Assembly (NCBI RefSeq): GCF_032444005.1
Contig: NC_091283.1
Coordinates: 28,954,001-29,018,000 of the forward strand
DNA from: Ranitomeya imitator
Lineage: Eukaryota
Length of the DNA: 64,000 bases
Reading direction: 5' to 3'
The notes under the pieces are model-generated. The model searched no databases and was not told where the DNA came from. It was given only the letters and a program-made list of their open reading frames with translations. Positions 24,370 to 35,959 of this stretch are shown here, one piece after another (position 1 is the first letter of the stretch; each line of letters opens with the position of its first letter). Both the position numbers and the translations under genes were made by a program.

Positions 24370-26165
24370 TGGGGGCAGTATGGGGGGAGAGTGTGAGGGG
24401 AGACAGTGGGAGAAATGTAAAAGTATGAGGGAGAAATGTGTGAGAGGACAGTATGGAAATGAAATGTGTGAGGGGACAGTATGGGAGAGAAATGTGTGAG
24501 AGGAGAGAATGGGAGAGAAATGTGTGAGGGGACAGTATGTGGGAGAAGTGTGTGAGGGGACAGTATGGGGGGAGAGTGTGAGGGGAGACAGTGGGAGAAA
24601 TGTAAAAGTATGAGGGAGAAATGTGTGAGAGGACAGTATGGGAATGAAATGTGAGAGGAGAGAATGGGAATGAAATGTGTGAGGGGACAGTATGGGAGAG
24701 AAATGTGTGAGAGGAGAGAATGGGAATGAAATGTGTGAGGGGACAGTATGGGAGAGAAATCTGTGAGAGGAGAGTATGGGAGAGAAATGTGTGAGGGGAC
24801 AGTATGTGAGAGAAAAAGGTAAACAATGTTAGGCACACCGGCGCTCCCAAAAAGCGTTGAATATAGGTTATAGCTGCAGGTGCCTAGACAGCTGCTGCGC
24901 TCAGTCTGTCAGTACCAAGAAAAGGCAAACAAAAATTACAACAAAAGGTCACCGCGCTACCTTATACAGAATGGGATAAGTAAGAAATTGGAAAAGACCG
25001 TTCCTATATGTACCTAAAGGCTTGGGTGCACAAAAGGATACAACAAGTAATGCATAACCAATCTGGGCAGGATATACTGATTGCAAGTCACTACCACACA
25101 ATGATAATGTCGATCATGCACCAGGGAAAAAGTAGCGCAATATGTCCCAATCACAAAAAACATTTTCTATGTGTAAAAAGGGAACACTTACTGATGTGAT
25201 GTGGTTGCAGTACCAGTACTGTGTCTTGTCTGCGTTATGGCGTGCTGGCGAAGGAGACAATCAGCGCCGCTAGACTGTGGCGGTGTGTGGAAGGGGCGTG
25301 GAGCCCTTGGTGATGTTACCCAGACCACGCCCCTTCCACACCCCGCTACAGTCTAGCGGCGCCTTCGGCCGAGGCCCGCCGTCTAGTCTTTCTGGCGCAC
25401 GCAGTGGTATCAGTCCAGCAAGGGAGGACGCTCCCCAGACTTCCACTAACCCTGCATCGCCGATTGAACCCCCGACTCTGGACGGCATTTACGGAGGCAC
25501 TGCACGTCAGTGTGCTTCACGCAGCAATGTGCACACCTGCACTAGGAGTCAGCTGATTGTCTCCTTCGCCAGCACGCCATGACGCAGACAAGACACAGTA
25601 CCGGTACTGCAACCACATCACATCAGTAAGTGTTCCCTTTTTACACATAGAAAAAAGTTTTTTGTGATTGGGACATATTGTGCTACTTTTTCCCTGGTGC
25701 TTGATCGACATTATCATTGTTTGGTAGTGACTTGCAATCAATATATCCTGCCCAGATTGGTTATGCATTACTTGTTGTATCCTTTTGTGCACCCAAGTCT
25801 TTAGGTACATATAGGAACGGTCTTTTCCAATTTCTTACTTATCCCATTCTGTATAAGGTACCGTGGTGACCTTTTGTTGTAATTAGTATGTAGGAGAAAT
25901 GTGTGAGGGGACAGTATGGAGGGGAAATATATGAGGGGACAGTATGGGAATGAAATGTGTGAGAGGACAGTATGAGGGAGAAATTTGTGAGAGGACAGTA
26001 TGGGAATGAAATGTGTGAGGGTACAGTATGGGAGAGAAATGTGTGAGAGGACTGTATGAGGGAGAAATGTGTGAGGGGACAGTATGAGGGAGAAATGTGT
26101 GAGGGGACAGTATGTGGGAGAAATGTGTGGGGGGACAGTATGGAGGGGAAATGTATGAGGGGACA
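24370..26165. repeat. GA-rich ~28-bp minisatellite split by a fold-back insertion
   Basis: GGGAGAGAAATGTGTGAGGGGACAGTAT units at 24370-24810 and 25890-26165. Confidence 0.9.
24934..25884. repeat. Long fold-back with ~332-bp inverted arms and a nested GC-rich hairpin
   Basis: Arms 24934-25265 and 25552-25884; inner hairpin 25265-25361; mirror ORFs MYLKAWVHKR (+) and MYLKTWVHKR (-). Confidence 0.9.
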
Positions 26166-26530
26166 GTCTGGAAAAGTCTCAAAGATGCATTTCCAGAAGT
26201 GATTTCCACTTTAAAAACTTTAAAAAAAACTCTGTGAGGTCACGGTCTGTTATACAGTACCAGGACAGCTGCGAAGACCTCAGTTTGAATATTAGTTGTA
26301 TATTAAGAAGCCACCAACCTGGTAATATACATCATAGGTGGCATGAAAAAAAAATGTGATTACCTGCAGTCTGACTGAGACTTTATTTTTGTACCTTGAG
26401 AGGGCAATGTAATGGCGAGAGCGGACTTGGAGAGAATTACACACTTCTTAATAAATCTGGTTCATCTGAAATTACCTGTGTAAATCACTTTTCTCCTTCT
26501 ATGTGAGCAAGTGGACATAAGAATATACCA

Positions 26531-27514
26531 GTGGGTGAATTTATCAGGCTTAAAAGAAATTGTAGTTCAGATGCACAATTCACACAGGAAACTGAGTCTG
26601 CAGTTTTCAGACTTAAAGATCGCGGTTATCCTAATTGGATGCTACACAGAGCAAAATCAGTGACAAAAGACATTGATAGGAAGTCTTTATTATGGAGTGA
26701 TAATGAGGATTCAGGGTCTCTTTCTAGGAACCCCAACAAGAATAATAATAAAATGAAAAAAATTAAAAGAAAAAGGCTTAATGAGAATAAACACACAGAG
26801 TCTGCCTCTCACTCTCTGAGTACGATAAATTTTTCCACAGTTTATAGTCCGCAGTATGCAGAAATAATTCAAATTGTGAAAAAGTATGTTCCTATTTTAT
26901 ATAATGATGTGAAGCTAGCACATATTTTAGATCGTACTCACATACGATATCTTGCCAAAAAAGCACCTTCCTTACGTGACATCCTATCCCCGAGTCTTTA
27001 TCTCCACAGTAAATTGACTGCAGGAAATAGTGCCTGGTTAACATATAAGGTTTTTTTTAAATGTGGTCACCACCCGTGTAAAACGTGTAATTTCGTAAGA
27101 AAAACTACTAGTTTCACCTCTAGTGTGACAGGCATTACTTATCCGATTCGAACGCACATGAATTGCAACTCAGAAGGTGTCATTTACTTGATAGAATGCG
27201 ACTTATGTAAACTGCAATATGTGGGCTGCACAGTGGGCCCTCTAAAAAGAAGGTTTTGTAAGCATATCTCAGAATCTGCACTTAATAATACGTCACATCA
27301 CATTTCTGCAGTCTCTCACCACTGCAAAACAATCCATGCAGGTAATACCAGCATGATTAAACTGACTGCTATTGAAAAAGTGCATAAACCTCCTAGAGGC
27401 GGTGACCATAGACGTAAGATATTAAATCGTGAATCCTTTTGGATATTTTCTCTACAGTCAAGGGTGCCCTTAGGGCTGAATAAACGTCTTGACCTCATTT
27501 TGCAGTTAGATTAA
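26531..27514 (+). CDS. Penelope-like ORF C-terminus: RT thumb, CCHH zinc region and GIY-YIG endonuclease (5' truncated)
   Basis: GEFIRLKRNCS, CGHHPCKTC, VIYLIEC...QYVGCT...RRF..H, RESFWI; open for 327 codons. Confidence 0.88.
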   Translation: MGEFIRLKRNCSSDAQFTQETESAVFRLKDRGYPNWMLHRAKSVTKDIDRKSLLWSDNEDSGSLSRNPNKNNNKMKKIKRKRLNENKHTESASHSLSTINFSTVYSPQYAEIIQIVKKYVPILYNDVKLAHILDRTHIRYLAKKAPSLRDILSPSLYLHSKLTAGNSAWLTYKVFFKCGHHPCKTCNFVRKTTSFTSSVTGITYPIRTHMNCNSEGVIYLIECDLCKLQYVGCTVGPLKRRFCKHISESALNNTSHHISAVSHHCKTIHAGNTSMIKLTAIEKVHKPPRGGDHRRKILNRESFWIFSLQSRVPLGLNKRLDLILQLD

Positions 27515-27808
27515 TGTAGTAATTTCATATCTTTATTTAACATACCCCTTTTTTTTTTTTTTTTTTTTTCCTCCATAAGAAGGTGATATTTAATATTGTA
27601 CACACTGTGAATTGGTTCTATTACTCCGGCTAATGTAATTTTTTGATACACCGTTGTGGTTCTTTTTCCATAGACATGTCTTTCTCTTTTGCGGTTCACA
27701 GGGGGTTAATCTAATGAATGTTCTGATTGCCCACCTGAGTTTTAATCTAAGCACTTGTTGTTTTAGTGTTCTGTGTTGTATAAAATGTTAATATGTGGTT
27801 CCATTTTC

Positions 27809-27848
27809 ATGCCATGACTAAGACCTGATGGTCGAAACGCGTCGGCGT
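27809..27848 (+). ncRNA. Minimal type I hammerhead variant (A3-U8 core)
   Basis: AUGCC-AUGACUA-A-GACC(UGAU)GGUC-GAAA-C(GC)GUC-GGCGU, ~300 bp downstream of the Penelope stop codon. Confidence 0.7.
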
Positions 27849-28010
27849 TGACCACCTGGGACCCCCATCTCTTTTTTGCAAATGTTTGCATTTTAAAGTG
27901 TTTTCAATAAATTGACTTTTTAGAAGATCCATGCTGGAGATTATTTTTTCTTTTTCATTGCTGGCAAGTGGACATTTGCATCTTTTTTAATTTGCATTTT
28001 AATTAATGTA

Positions 28011-30259
28011 CCGTATATACTCGAGTATAAGCCGACCCGAGTATAAGCCGACCCCCCTAATTTTGCCACAAAAAACTGGGAAAACTTATTGACTCGAGTA
28101 TAAGCCTAGGGTGGAAATGCAGCATTTACCGGTGAATTTCAAAAATAAAAATAGATCATTATTTCCCCATAGCTGTGCCATATAGTGCTCTACACCGTTC
28201 ATTATTTCCCCATAGCTGTGCCCCATATAGTGCTCTGCACCGTTCATTATTTCCCCATAGCTGTGCCATATACGGTGCTCTACACCGTTCATTATTTCCC
28301 CATAGCTGTGCCCCATATAGTGCTCTGCACCGTTCATTGTGCCCCATAGCTGTGCCATATACGGTGCTCTGCACCGTTCATTGTGCCCCATTGCTGTGCC
28401 ATATACGGTGCTCTGCACCGTTCATTGTGCCCCATTGCTGTGCCATATACGGTGCTCTGCACCGTTCATTGTGCCCCATTGCTGTGCCATATACGGTGCT
28501 CCGCACCGTTCATTGTGCCCCATAGCTGTGCTGTGCCATATACGGTGCTCTGCACCGTTCATTGTGCCCCATTGCTGTGCCATATACGGTGCTCCGCACC
28601 GTTCACTGTGCCCCATAGCTGTGCTGTGCCATATACGGTGCTCTGCACCGTTCACTGTGCCCCATAGCTGTGCTGTGCCATATACGGTGCTCTGCACCGT
28701 TCACTGTGCCCCATAGCTGTGCTGTGCCATATACGGTGCTCTGCACCGTTCACTGTGCCCCATAGCTGTGCTGTGCCATATACGGTGCTCTGCACCGTTC
28801 ACTGTGCCCCATAGCTGTGCTGTGCCATATACGGTGCTCTGCACTGTTCACTGTGCCCCATACATAGCTGTGCTGTGCCATATACGGTGCTCTGCACCGT
28901 TCACTGTGCCCCATAGCTGTGCTGTGCCATATACGGTGCTCTGCACCGTTCACTGTGCCCCATAGCTGTGCTGTGCCATATACGGTGCTCTGCACCGTTC
29001 ACTGTGCCCCATAGCTGTGCTGTGCCATATACGGTGCTCTGCACCGTTCACTGTGCCCCATAGCTGTGCTGTGCCATATACGGTGCTCTGCACCGTTCAC
29101 TGTGCCCCATACATAGCTGTGCTGTGCCATATACGGTGCTCTGCACCGTTCACTGTGCCCCATACATAGCTGTGCTGTGCCATATACGGTGCTCTGCACC
29201 GTTCACTGTGCCCCATAGCTGTGCTGTGCCATATACGGTGCTCTGCACCGTTCACTGTGCCCCATACATAGCTGTGCTGTGCCATATACGGTGCTCTGCA
29301 CCGTTCGCTGTGCTGTGCCATATACGGTGCTCTGCACCGTTCACTGTGCCCCATAGCTGTGCTGTGCCATATACGGTGCTCTGCACCGTTCACTGTGCCC
29401 CATAGCTGTGCTGTGCCATATACGGTGCTCTGCACCGTTCACTGTGCCCCATAGCTGTGCTGTGCCATATACGGTGCTCTGCACCGTTCACTGTGCCCCA
29501 TAGCTGTGCTGTGCCATATACGGTGCTCTGCACCGTTCACTGTGCCCCATAGCTGTGCTGTGCCATATACGGTGCTCTGCACCGTTCACTGTGCCCCATA
29601 GATGTTCCACATAAATTTGTGCCGCCGCTGCCGCAATAAAGAAAAAAAACACATACTCACCTCCCTTGATTGCAGCTCCCGGCGTCTCGTTCCGGCGCCT
29701 CCATCTTCCCGGCGTCTCTGCTCTGACTGATCAGGCAGAGGGCGCCGCGCACACTATATGCGTCATCGCGCCCTCTGCCTGATCAGTCAGAGAGCAGAGA
29801 CGCCGGGAAGATGGAGGCGCCGGCCGGGAAGATGGATCGGCGCCCGGCGGCTGGAACGAGGACAGGTGAATATGCTATACTCACCTAGTCCTGGCGATCC
29901 TCGCGCTGTCCCCTCCTGTCTTCGGTGCCGCAGCTTCTTTCTCTATCAGCGGTCACCGGCACCGCTGATTAGAGAAATGAATAAGCGGCTCCGCCCCTAT
30001 GGGAGGTGGAGCCGCTTATTCATTTCTGTAATGAGCGGTCCCACGTGACCGCTGAAGAGAGGAAGAAACTGCAGTGCCGAAGCCCGTGGGACGGCAGGGA
30101 CAGCGCCAGGATCGCTGGGACTAGGTAAGTATACCTCAGCGCCCTCAGCCCCTCACCTGCCGACCCCACCGCTACCGTGACTCGAGTATAAGCCGAGGGG
30201 GGCACTTTCAGCCCAAAAATTTGGGCTGAAAATCTCGGCTTATACTCGAGTATATACGG
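28011..30259. mobile_element. Complete pogo/Tigger-like MITE with an expanded internal array
   Basis: TA|CCGTATATACTCGAGTATAAGCCG...CGGCTTATACTCGAGTATATACGG|TA. Confidence 0.85.
28158..29600. repeat. ~41-51-bp tandem array inside the MITE
   Basis: GCTGTGCCATATACGGTGCTCTGCACCGTTCACTGTGCCCCATA units with a gradient of variants. Confidence 0.95.
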
Positions 30260-30360
30260 TAAACGTTTTTTGACAGCTTTACCACACCGGGAGAAATTTT
30301 GCAAATTTTTGTACAAATTTGATGTAATTTTCAATTCCTCTTTTTAACCTGTACTATGCC

Positions 30361-30499
30361 AATTGTCTCTTCAGAGAGGAAGAGGACTAAAACTCTAGTG
30401 CCACCTATTGGAAGTAGCGATCCTAACAGTCAAGTAGGATTGCTACTTCCAATAGGTGGCACTAGAGTTCTAGTCCTCTTCCTCTCTGAAGAGACAATT
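30361..30499. repeat. Near-perfect hairpin with 65-bp arms
   Basis: Arms 30361-30425 and 30435-30499, 9-nt loop. Confidence 0.9.
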
Positions 30500-30849
30500 T
30501 GCATATTTTCCAGAGGAGCATTGCGGCTTTAAGTCTCCTCACCTCGACATGCTTATCATGTCACTCTCCGCAAGGAGAAACGATACTTCTTGGATAACCC
30601 GTACTATGGCATTTCTGCCAAAATGAACCAGCCTGAATAATAAATGTGAGCCATTGTGAACATATGGCCGTAGGTTAGAGCGATCGGTTGACGGCAGAAA
30701 CGTTAATTCTTATTATACCCCAAAAGCACGAGGGTCTCCTGAGTGTTATACACAGTACAGGGGGCTCTGATGATTGTACGGACCCCCAGACAGGAGGACG
30801 GGTCAGATCTGTGCTCCACGGTCTCCATTTCTCTCTTCTTTCCTTTCAG

Positions 30850-31122
30850 TTCGGCCCCAGGTGAAGGTGTCCGGTCAGGAGAAAGGAGACGCCATGAAGC
30901 TTCACTGCCAGGTGTACGGATTTCACCCCCGATCTGTGGATGTGAAGTGGATGAAGAACGGGGAGGACGAGGTTCACTCCTATGAGACCACAAACATCCT
31001 CCCCAATCCTGACGGCACCTATCAGATCAGGGTCAGCGCGGAAGTGACCCCCAAAGATGGCGACAGATACGGCTGTTATGTGGATCACAGCAGCCTGGAG
31101 GAGCCGCTCCTTATACAATGGG
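30850..31122 (+). CDS. MHC class I-like heavy chain, alpha3 (Ig C1) exon
   Basis: Polypyrimidine-cag acceptor, g|gtgagt donor, 273 bp; VRPQVKV...LHCQVYGFHPRSVDVKWMKNG...PNPDGTYQ...YGCYVDHSSL...W. Confidence 0.97.
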
Positions 31123-31213
31123 GTGAGTAGTGTCCGTACCGGGAGGATAACTCATCAACATAGTCTTTTGGGAGGATTGACTGATGTCACTTTACATACG
31201 TCATCACTACAGT

Positions 31214-32644
31214 CAGGGCCGGCTCCAGGTTTTTGAGGGCCCCGGGCGAACGAGTCTCAGTGGGCCCCCCCAAACCCCCCTTTAACACATTTATACCACG
31301 ATTCATGATGCACGTAGCCCACGCAGCCCACTCAGTATATAACGCACAGCCCACGCAGGATATAACGCACAGCCCGTGAGTCTGTGACGCAGTATATAAC
31401 ACACAGCCCACGCAGTATATAACACACAGCCCACGCAGTATATAACACACACAGCCCACGCAGTATATAACACACACAGCCCACGCAGTATATAACGCAC
31501 AGCCCACGCAGTATATAACGCACAGCCCACGCAGTATATAACGCACAGCCCACGCAGTATATAACGCACAGCCCACGCAGTATATAACGCACAGCCCACG
31601 CAGTATATAACGCACAGCCCACGCAGTATATAACGCACAGCCCACGCAGTATATAACACACACAGCCCACGCAGTATATAACACACACAGCCCACGCAGT
31701 ATATAACACACACAGCCCACGCAGTATATAACGCACAGCCCGTGAGTCTACACTGTCAGCGAACCATGATGTATATGGGCACAGATGTGACTTTCAGACT
31801 TTCAGTTCACGATTTAAATCTGTTACAAAAAAAAACAAACATGAAAGCTGCAGATTGTACGAGTATCACAGGTGGCTGAATACATTAGATTCACATTTAC
31901 TTAGTCATAACTACCACCACTGACTCAGTAGTTATAGGCAGCGCTTACTTCCACAGTCCCCCGGCCGGTCCCCCCCGCCCTTTCCCCCGCAAAGTGCAGC
32001 GTTGGGAGTTGGGACGGACCCTCACCGAAGATGATTCACTGACACTGACAGACTCACACTGAGAGACATTACTCACTGCTTCGCCGGCCCCCTCGTTGTG
32101 GACACAGCAGGAGAGGGTGTGCACCGTCCACACTGCAGGCTGCAGCTGCTACTCGTCCTCTTCTCCTCCTGCTTGGCGCTGCCAGTCCGGATCTGTCCTC
32201 TCCTGTGCTGGATCATCTGGATGGTGGACGCAGCCTGGACAGATAGATTCTGAACCAGTGCCTGGAATGGGAAGGCTTCAGGCGGCGCGGTCCAACTCCG
32301 AACTGCAGCTCTCTCTCTCTCTGTCCTCTCTGCCCGCCGACTGGATGTAAGGAGAGATGACCCAGCGTCGCGACCCGGAAGTGTCTTCTCTCTTCTGTAT
32401 CCATGGTGAGGGCCGGGCGGCGGTGAGTATTGCTGCTATTGCAGCTGCGCAGCGTCAGGCGCCAGCTAAATGGCCTCAGAGACACAGCTGACTGTGCCCC
32501 CTGCAGCCAAGGCGCCGCCGGGGGACGGATGTAGTGAGTGACGCGCGCTGGCGGCTGACGTCACGTGTACTACCAAATGGGCCCCCCCGTCTTGCCAGGG
32601 CCCCGGCATTTGCCCGGGTGCGCCGGGTGCTGACGCCGGCCCTG
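31214..32644. mobile_element. hAT-type MITE with a ~24-bp internal minisatellite
   Basis: CAGGGCCGGC...GCCGGCCCTG TIRs; 8-bp TSD ACTACAGT (31206-31213, 32645-32652); array at 31330-31745. Confidence 0.9.
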
Positions 32645-32716
32645 ACTACAGTGGAGGAGACTAATATGGGTGATTCATGTAGCTGTACATGTATGAAATA
32701 CTATACACTACATATA

Positions 32717-34324
32717 CAGTGGGTGAAATAAGTATTTAACACGTCACCAATTTTCTAAGTAAATAGCTTTCTAAAGATGCTATTGACATGAAATTCTCAC
32801 CAGATGTCAGTAACAACCCATCCAATCCACACAGGCAAAGAAATCAAACCATAGAAAATGTCCATAAATTAAGGTATGTGTAATAATGAGAATGACAAAG
32901 GGAAAAAGTATTGAATACATTTTCTTGACATTTAATTAATACTTCTTACAAAACGTTTTGTTGGTGATGAAGCTTCAAGACGCCTCCTGTACGGAGAAAC
33001 TAGTCACAGGCATTGCTCAGGTGGGATTTTGGACCAGTCTTCCATGCAAACTCTCGGCCCATCATAAGACTCCATGGGCTCCTTCTATGAGCTCTGAGCT
33101 TTAGTTGCTTCCATACATTTTCTATTGGGTTCAGGTCCAGTAATTGGTTCGGCCATTCTAGCAGCTTTATTTTCTTTCTCTGAAACCAGTTGAGAGTTTC
33201 CCTGGCTGTATGCTTGGAATCATTGTCTTGCTGAGATGTCCACCCTCATTTCATCTTCTTCATCCTGGTAGATGGCAGCAGATCTTTATCAAGAATGTCT
33301 CGGTACATTTGTCCATTCATCTTTTCTTCAATTATATGAAGTTTGCCAGTACTGTATGAAGAAAAACAGCCCCACATGATGTTCCCACCTCCAAAATTCA
33401 CTGTTGGTATGGTGTTTTTGAGTTGATATGCCGTGCCTTTTGGCCTCCAAACATGATGTGTATTATGGCTTGTAAAGAGTTACATTTTGGTCTCATCTGA
33501 CCTGACTATATTATCCCAGTATTTCACAGGCTTGTCTAAATGTTGTTGAGCAAGCTTTAAACTCCCCTGGACATGCTTTTTCTTTAACAATGGAGTCTTC
33601 TGTGGTGAGCGTCCATACACAACATTGAGGTTGAGTGCATTACTTTTTGTTTTCTTTTAAACAATTGTACTTGCTGATTCCAAGTCTTTCTGTAGCTCTC
33701 CATAGGTGGTCCTTGGCTCTTGGCCAACTTTACTGATAATTCTTTTCACTCCTCTGTTTGAAATCTTGTGGGGAGCACCTGGTCGTGGCCGGTTTATGGT
33801 GAAATGATGTTCTTTCCACTTCTGGATTATGTCCCCAACAGTGCTAACTGGAACCTTCAGTAGTTTAGAAATTCTTCTGTAACCAATGCCATCAGCAAGT
33901 TTTGCAACAATAAGGTTGCAAAGATCTTGTCACAGTTCACTGGTTTTACCCATCGTAAGATATTTCTTTTACAGCATCTTGGTAATGAGACATATTTTTA
34001 TAGGCCATCAGTTGAACCAGCTGATATTACTTTTAACTAAATGGCAGGATTGCTTTCTAATTACTGATAGGCTTCAGCTGGTGCCAGCACTTTGCAGGGC
34101 TTATAACACTTGTATTTCGTCAGGTGTTCAATACTTTTTTCCTGTGTCATTTCTCATTATTACACATAACTTAATTTTGTTGACATCTGTGGTTTGATTT
34201 CTTTGCCTGTATGGATTGGATGGGTTGTTACTAGTATCTGGTGAGAATTTTCTGTCAATATCACCTTTAGAAATCTATTTATTTAGAAAATTGGTGACGT
34301 GTTCAATACTTATTTCATCTGCTC
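32717..34324 (-). mobile_element. Decayed Tc1 element
   Basis: TA|CAGTGGGTGAAATAAGTATT...AATACTTATTTCATC TIRs, ~1.6 kb, broken transposase on the minus strand. Confidence 0.75.
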
Positions 34325-34329
34325 TACGT

Positions 34330-34680
34330 CAACATTACAGAGGAGACTAATGTGCGTGATACACAAGATAGAGATGTACATGTATATAATACTGTACACT
34401 ACACATACGTCATCACCACAGAAATTAATATGAGTGATACATTCGATAGAGATGTACATGTATATAATACTATACACTACACATACGTCATCATTACAGA
34501 GGAGACTAATGTGAGTGATACATGAGAGAGATGTAGATGTACATGTATATAATACTATACACTACACCTACATCATCATTACAGAGGAGACTAATGTGAG
34601 TGATACATGATATAGAGATGGAGATGTATGTAATACTACACACTACACATACATAATCACCACAGGGGAGACTAATGTGA
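34330..34680. repeat. ~65-bp intronic minisatellite, split by the hAT MITE and Tc1
   Basis: ACAGAGGAGACTAATGTGAGTGATAC...ACTATACACTACAC units; the same motif occurs at ~31190-31213 and 32645-32716. Confidence 0.8.
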
Positions 34681-34738
34681 TACATGACGCTCTCAGTATA
34701 ATCTGCAGCTCATATTTATCTTTCTTTTTAATAACCAG

Positions 34739-34837
34739 AACCAATATCGTCAAGTTTCCAGGTCATAATCGTGATCATCATTGTGTTGATCGGTATGGTC
34801 ATTATTGTCAGCATTGTTGGATTTCTCGTGTGTAGAA
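34739..34837 (+). CDS. MHC class I-like transmembrane exon
   Basis: Polypyrimidine-ccag acceptor, a|gtaagt donor, 99 bp; EPISSSFQVIIVIIIVLIGMVIIVSIVGFLVCR. Confidence 0.88.
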
Positions 34838-34878
34838 GTAAGTGCCAGTAATATCGCATCTCTTCTCTTCTACACTAG

Positions 34879-35907
34879 TGGAGCACCCACTAGAGCCTCG
34901 GGGAACTCTGGCCGGGTCCGGTCATCATTAAAGGGGAGGTCACGGTGGCAGTGACCCGGTACGTGGCCCTGGGTGTCCAAGTTAAAGGGAAGATCTTTAA
35001 AGGGGTTATTTAGAATAATGAATGTTCGTGACGCCACCTGTGGTATTCGGTCAGGGATGACCGACACTGCTTAAAGGGGTCCACTAGGGATGATGGTACT
35101 GCAGCAGGGATGGTTTGTCTTCCCACAAGTGAAGCTGGATCTCAAGGGCTCCTGGTGTAGTAGGCAAAGATGATAGATGGTATGGTGCCAGAAAGAATTA
35201 GAGGACACAAGGTTGCAGTCTCTTTACCTTTTACTGATGGTTTACGGCCACAGTCCAGGGTATCGGTAACAGGTGATGGTGAGGTCCAGGCAGCCTGGAA
35301 ACGATTAGGGATCCCCTTAGCCAGGTGGAATTAGGAGCCTTCCTTGCTGCGCTGTAAGGTGCGTTCCTTGCTGCCTATGGCTTCTCACAAGGTCCTCTCT
35401 CTTTCTTTCTCTGTGTACTAGGACAGTACATGCATGGCAGGCAGCACAAGCCTTTTTACAGGTGTCTCTATGTACGGTGACACCGGGCTCTGTATGCTGC
35501 CCTGCCTTCGGGTGTAGTTGTGGGCAAGTAACTTTCAATCTCATGCCCTCCAGTTTCTGCTGTGGGGCATACAGTCCCACACAGCCTCGGACTCCCGGTG
35601 TGCGGTTCCTGCGCTTCAGCGTGGTGGGAGCCCAGTCGCAGCTCCCCTCCAGCTCCTCACTTCTCCTCTGCTCATTCCTTCTTCTCACTCTCTACAGACT
35701 ACTCTAACTCCTCCTCCAAGCCAGAACATATACATAGGGAAGCTCCCCTGAAACCGGGTCTAGAGCTCCCTCATCTTGCCTGGAATCAGAACGTGTTGAA
35801 TGTACAGGTTACCTGTCAAAGGTATCCTCCTCGTTTCCAAGCATGGCATCACTCTCCCTGAGAGGAAGGCGATACCACTGTCGTGCCCGAACTCCTGGGG
35901 TGCCACA
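34879..35907 (+). mobile_element. Solo LTR (1029 bp)
   Basis: TG...GGGGTGCCACA with 4-bp TSD CTAG; inserted 41 bp after the TM exon donor. Confidence 0.8.
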
Positions 35908-35959
35908 CTAGGATTACTGTCAAAGAGCATTTCTAGAAAAAAAGTAATTGTCATATACA

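Larger units (their letters stand above)
26500..27960 (+). mobile_element. 5'-truncated Penelope-like element with 3' pLTR-like region
   Basis: RT-thumb/GIY-YIG ORF followed by a hammerhead motif, AATAAA and a T-rich end. Confidence 0.85.

Noticed and set aside
28086-29600. CRISPR-like regular repeats and repetitive ORFs
   Set aside because: Head-to-tail units without unique spacers, no cas genes, eukaryotic context
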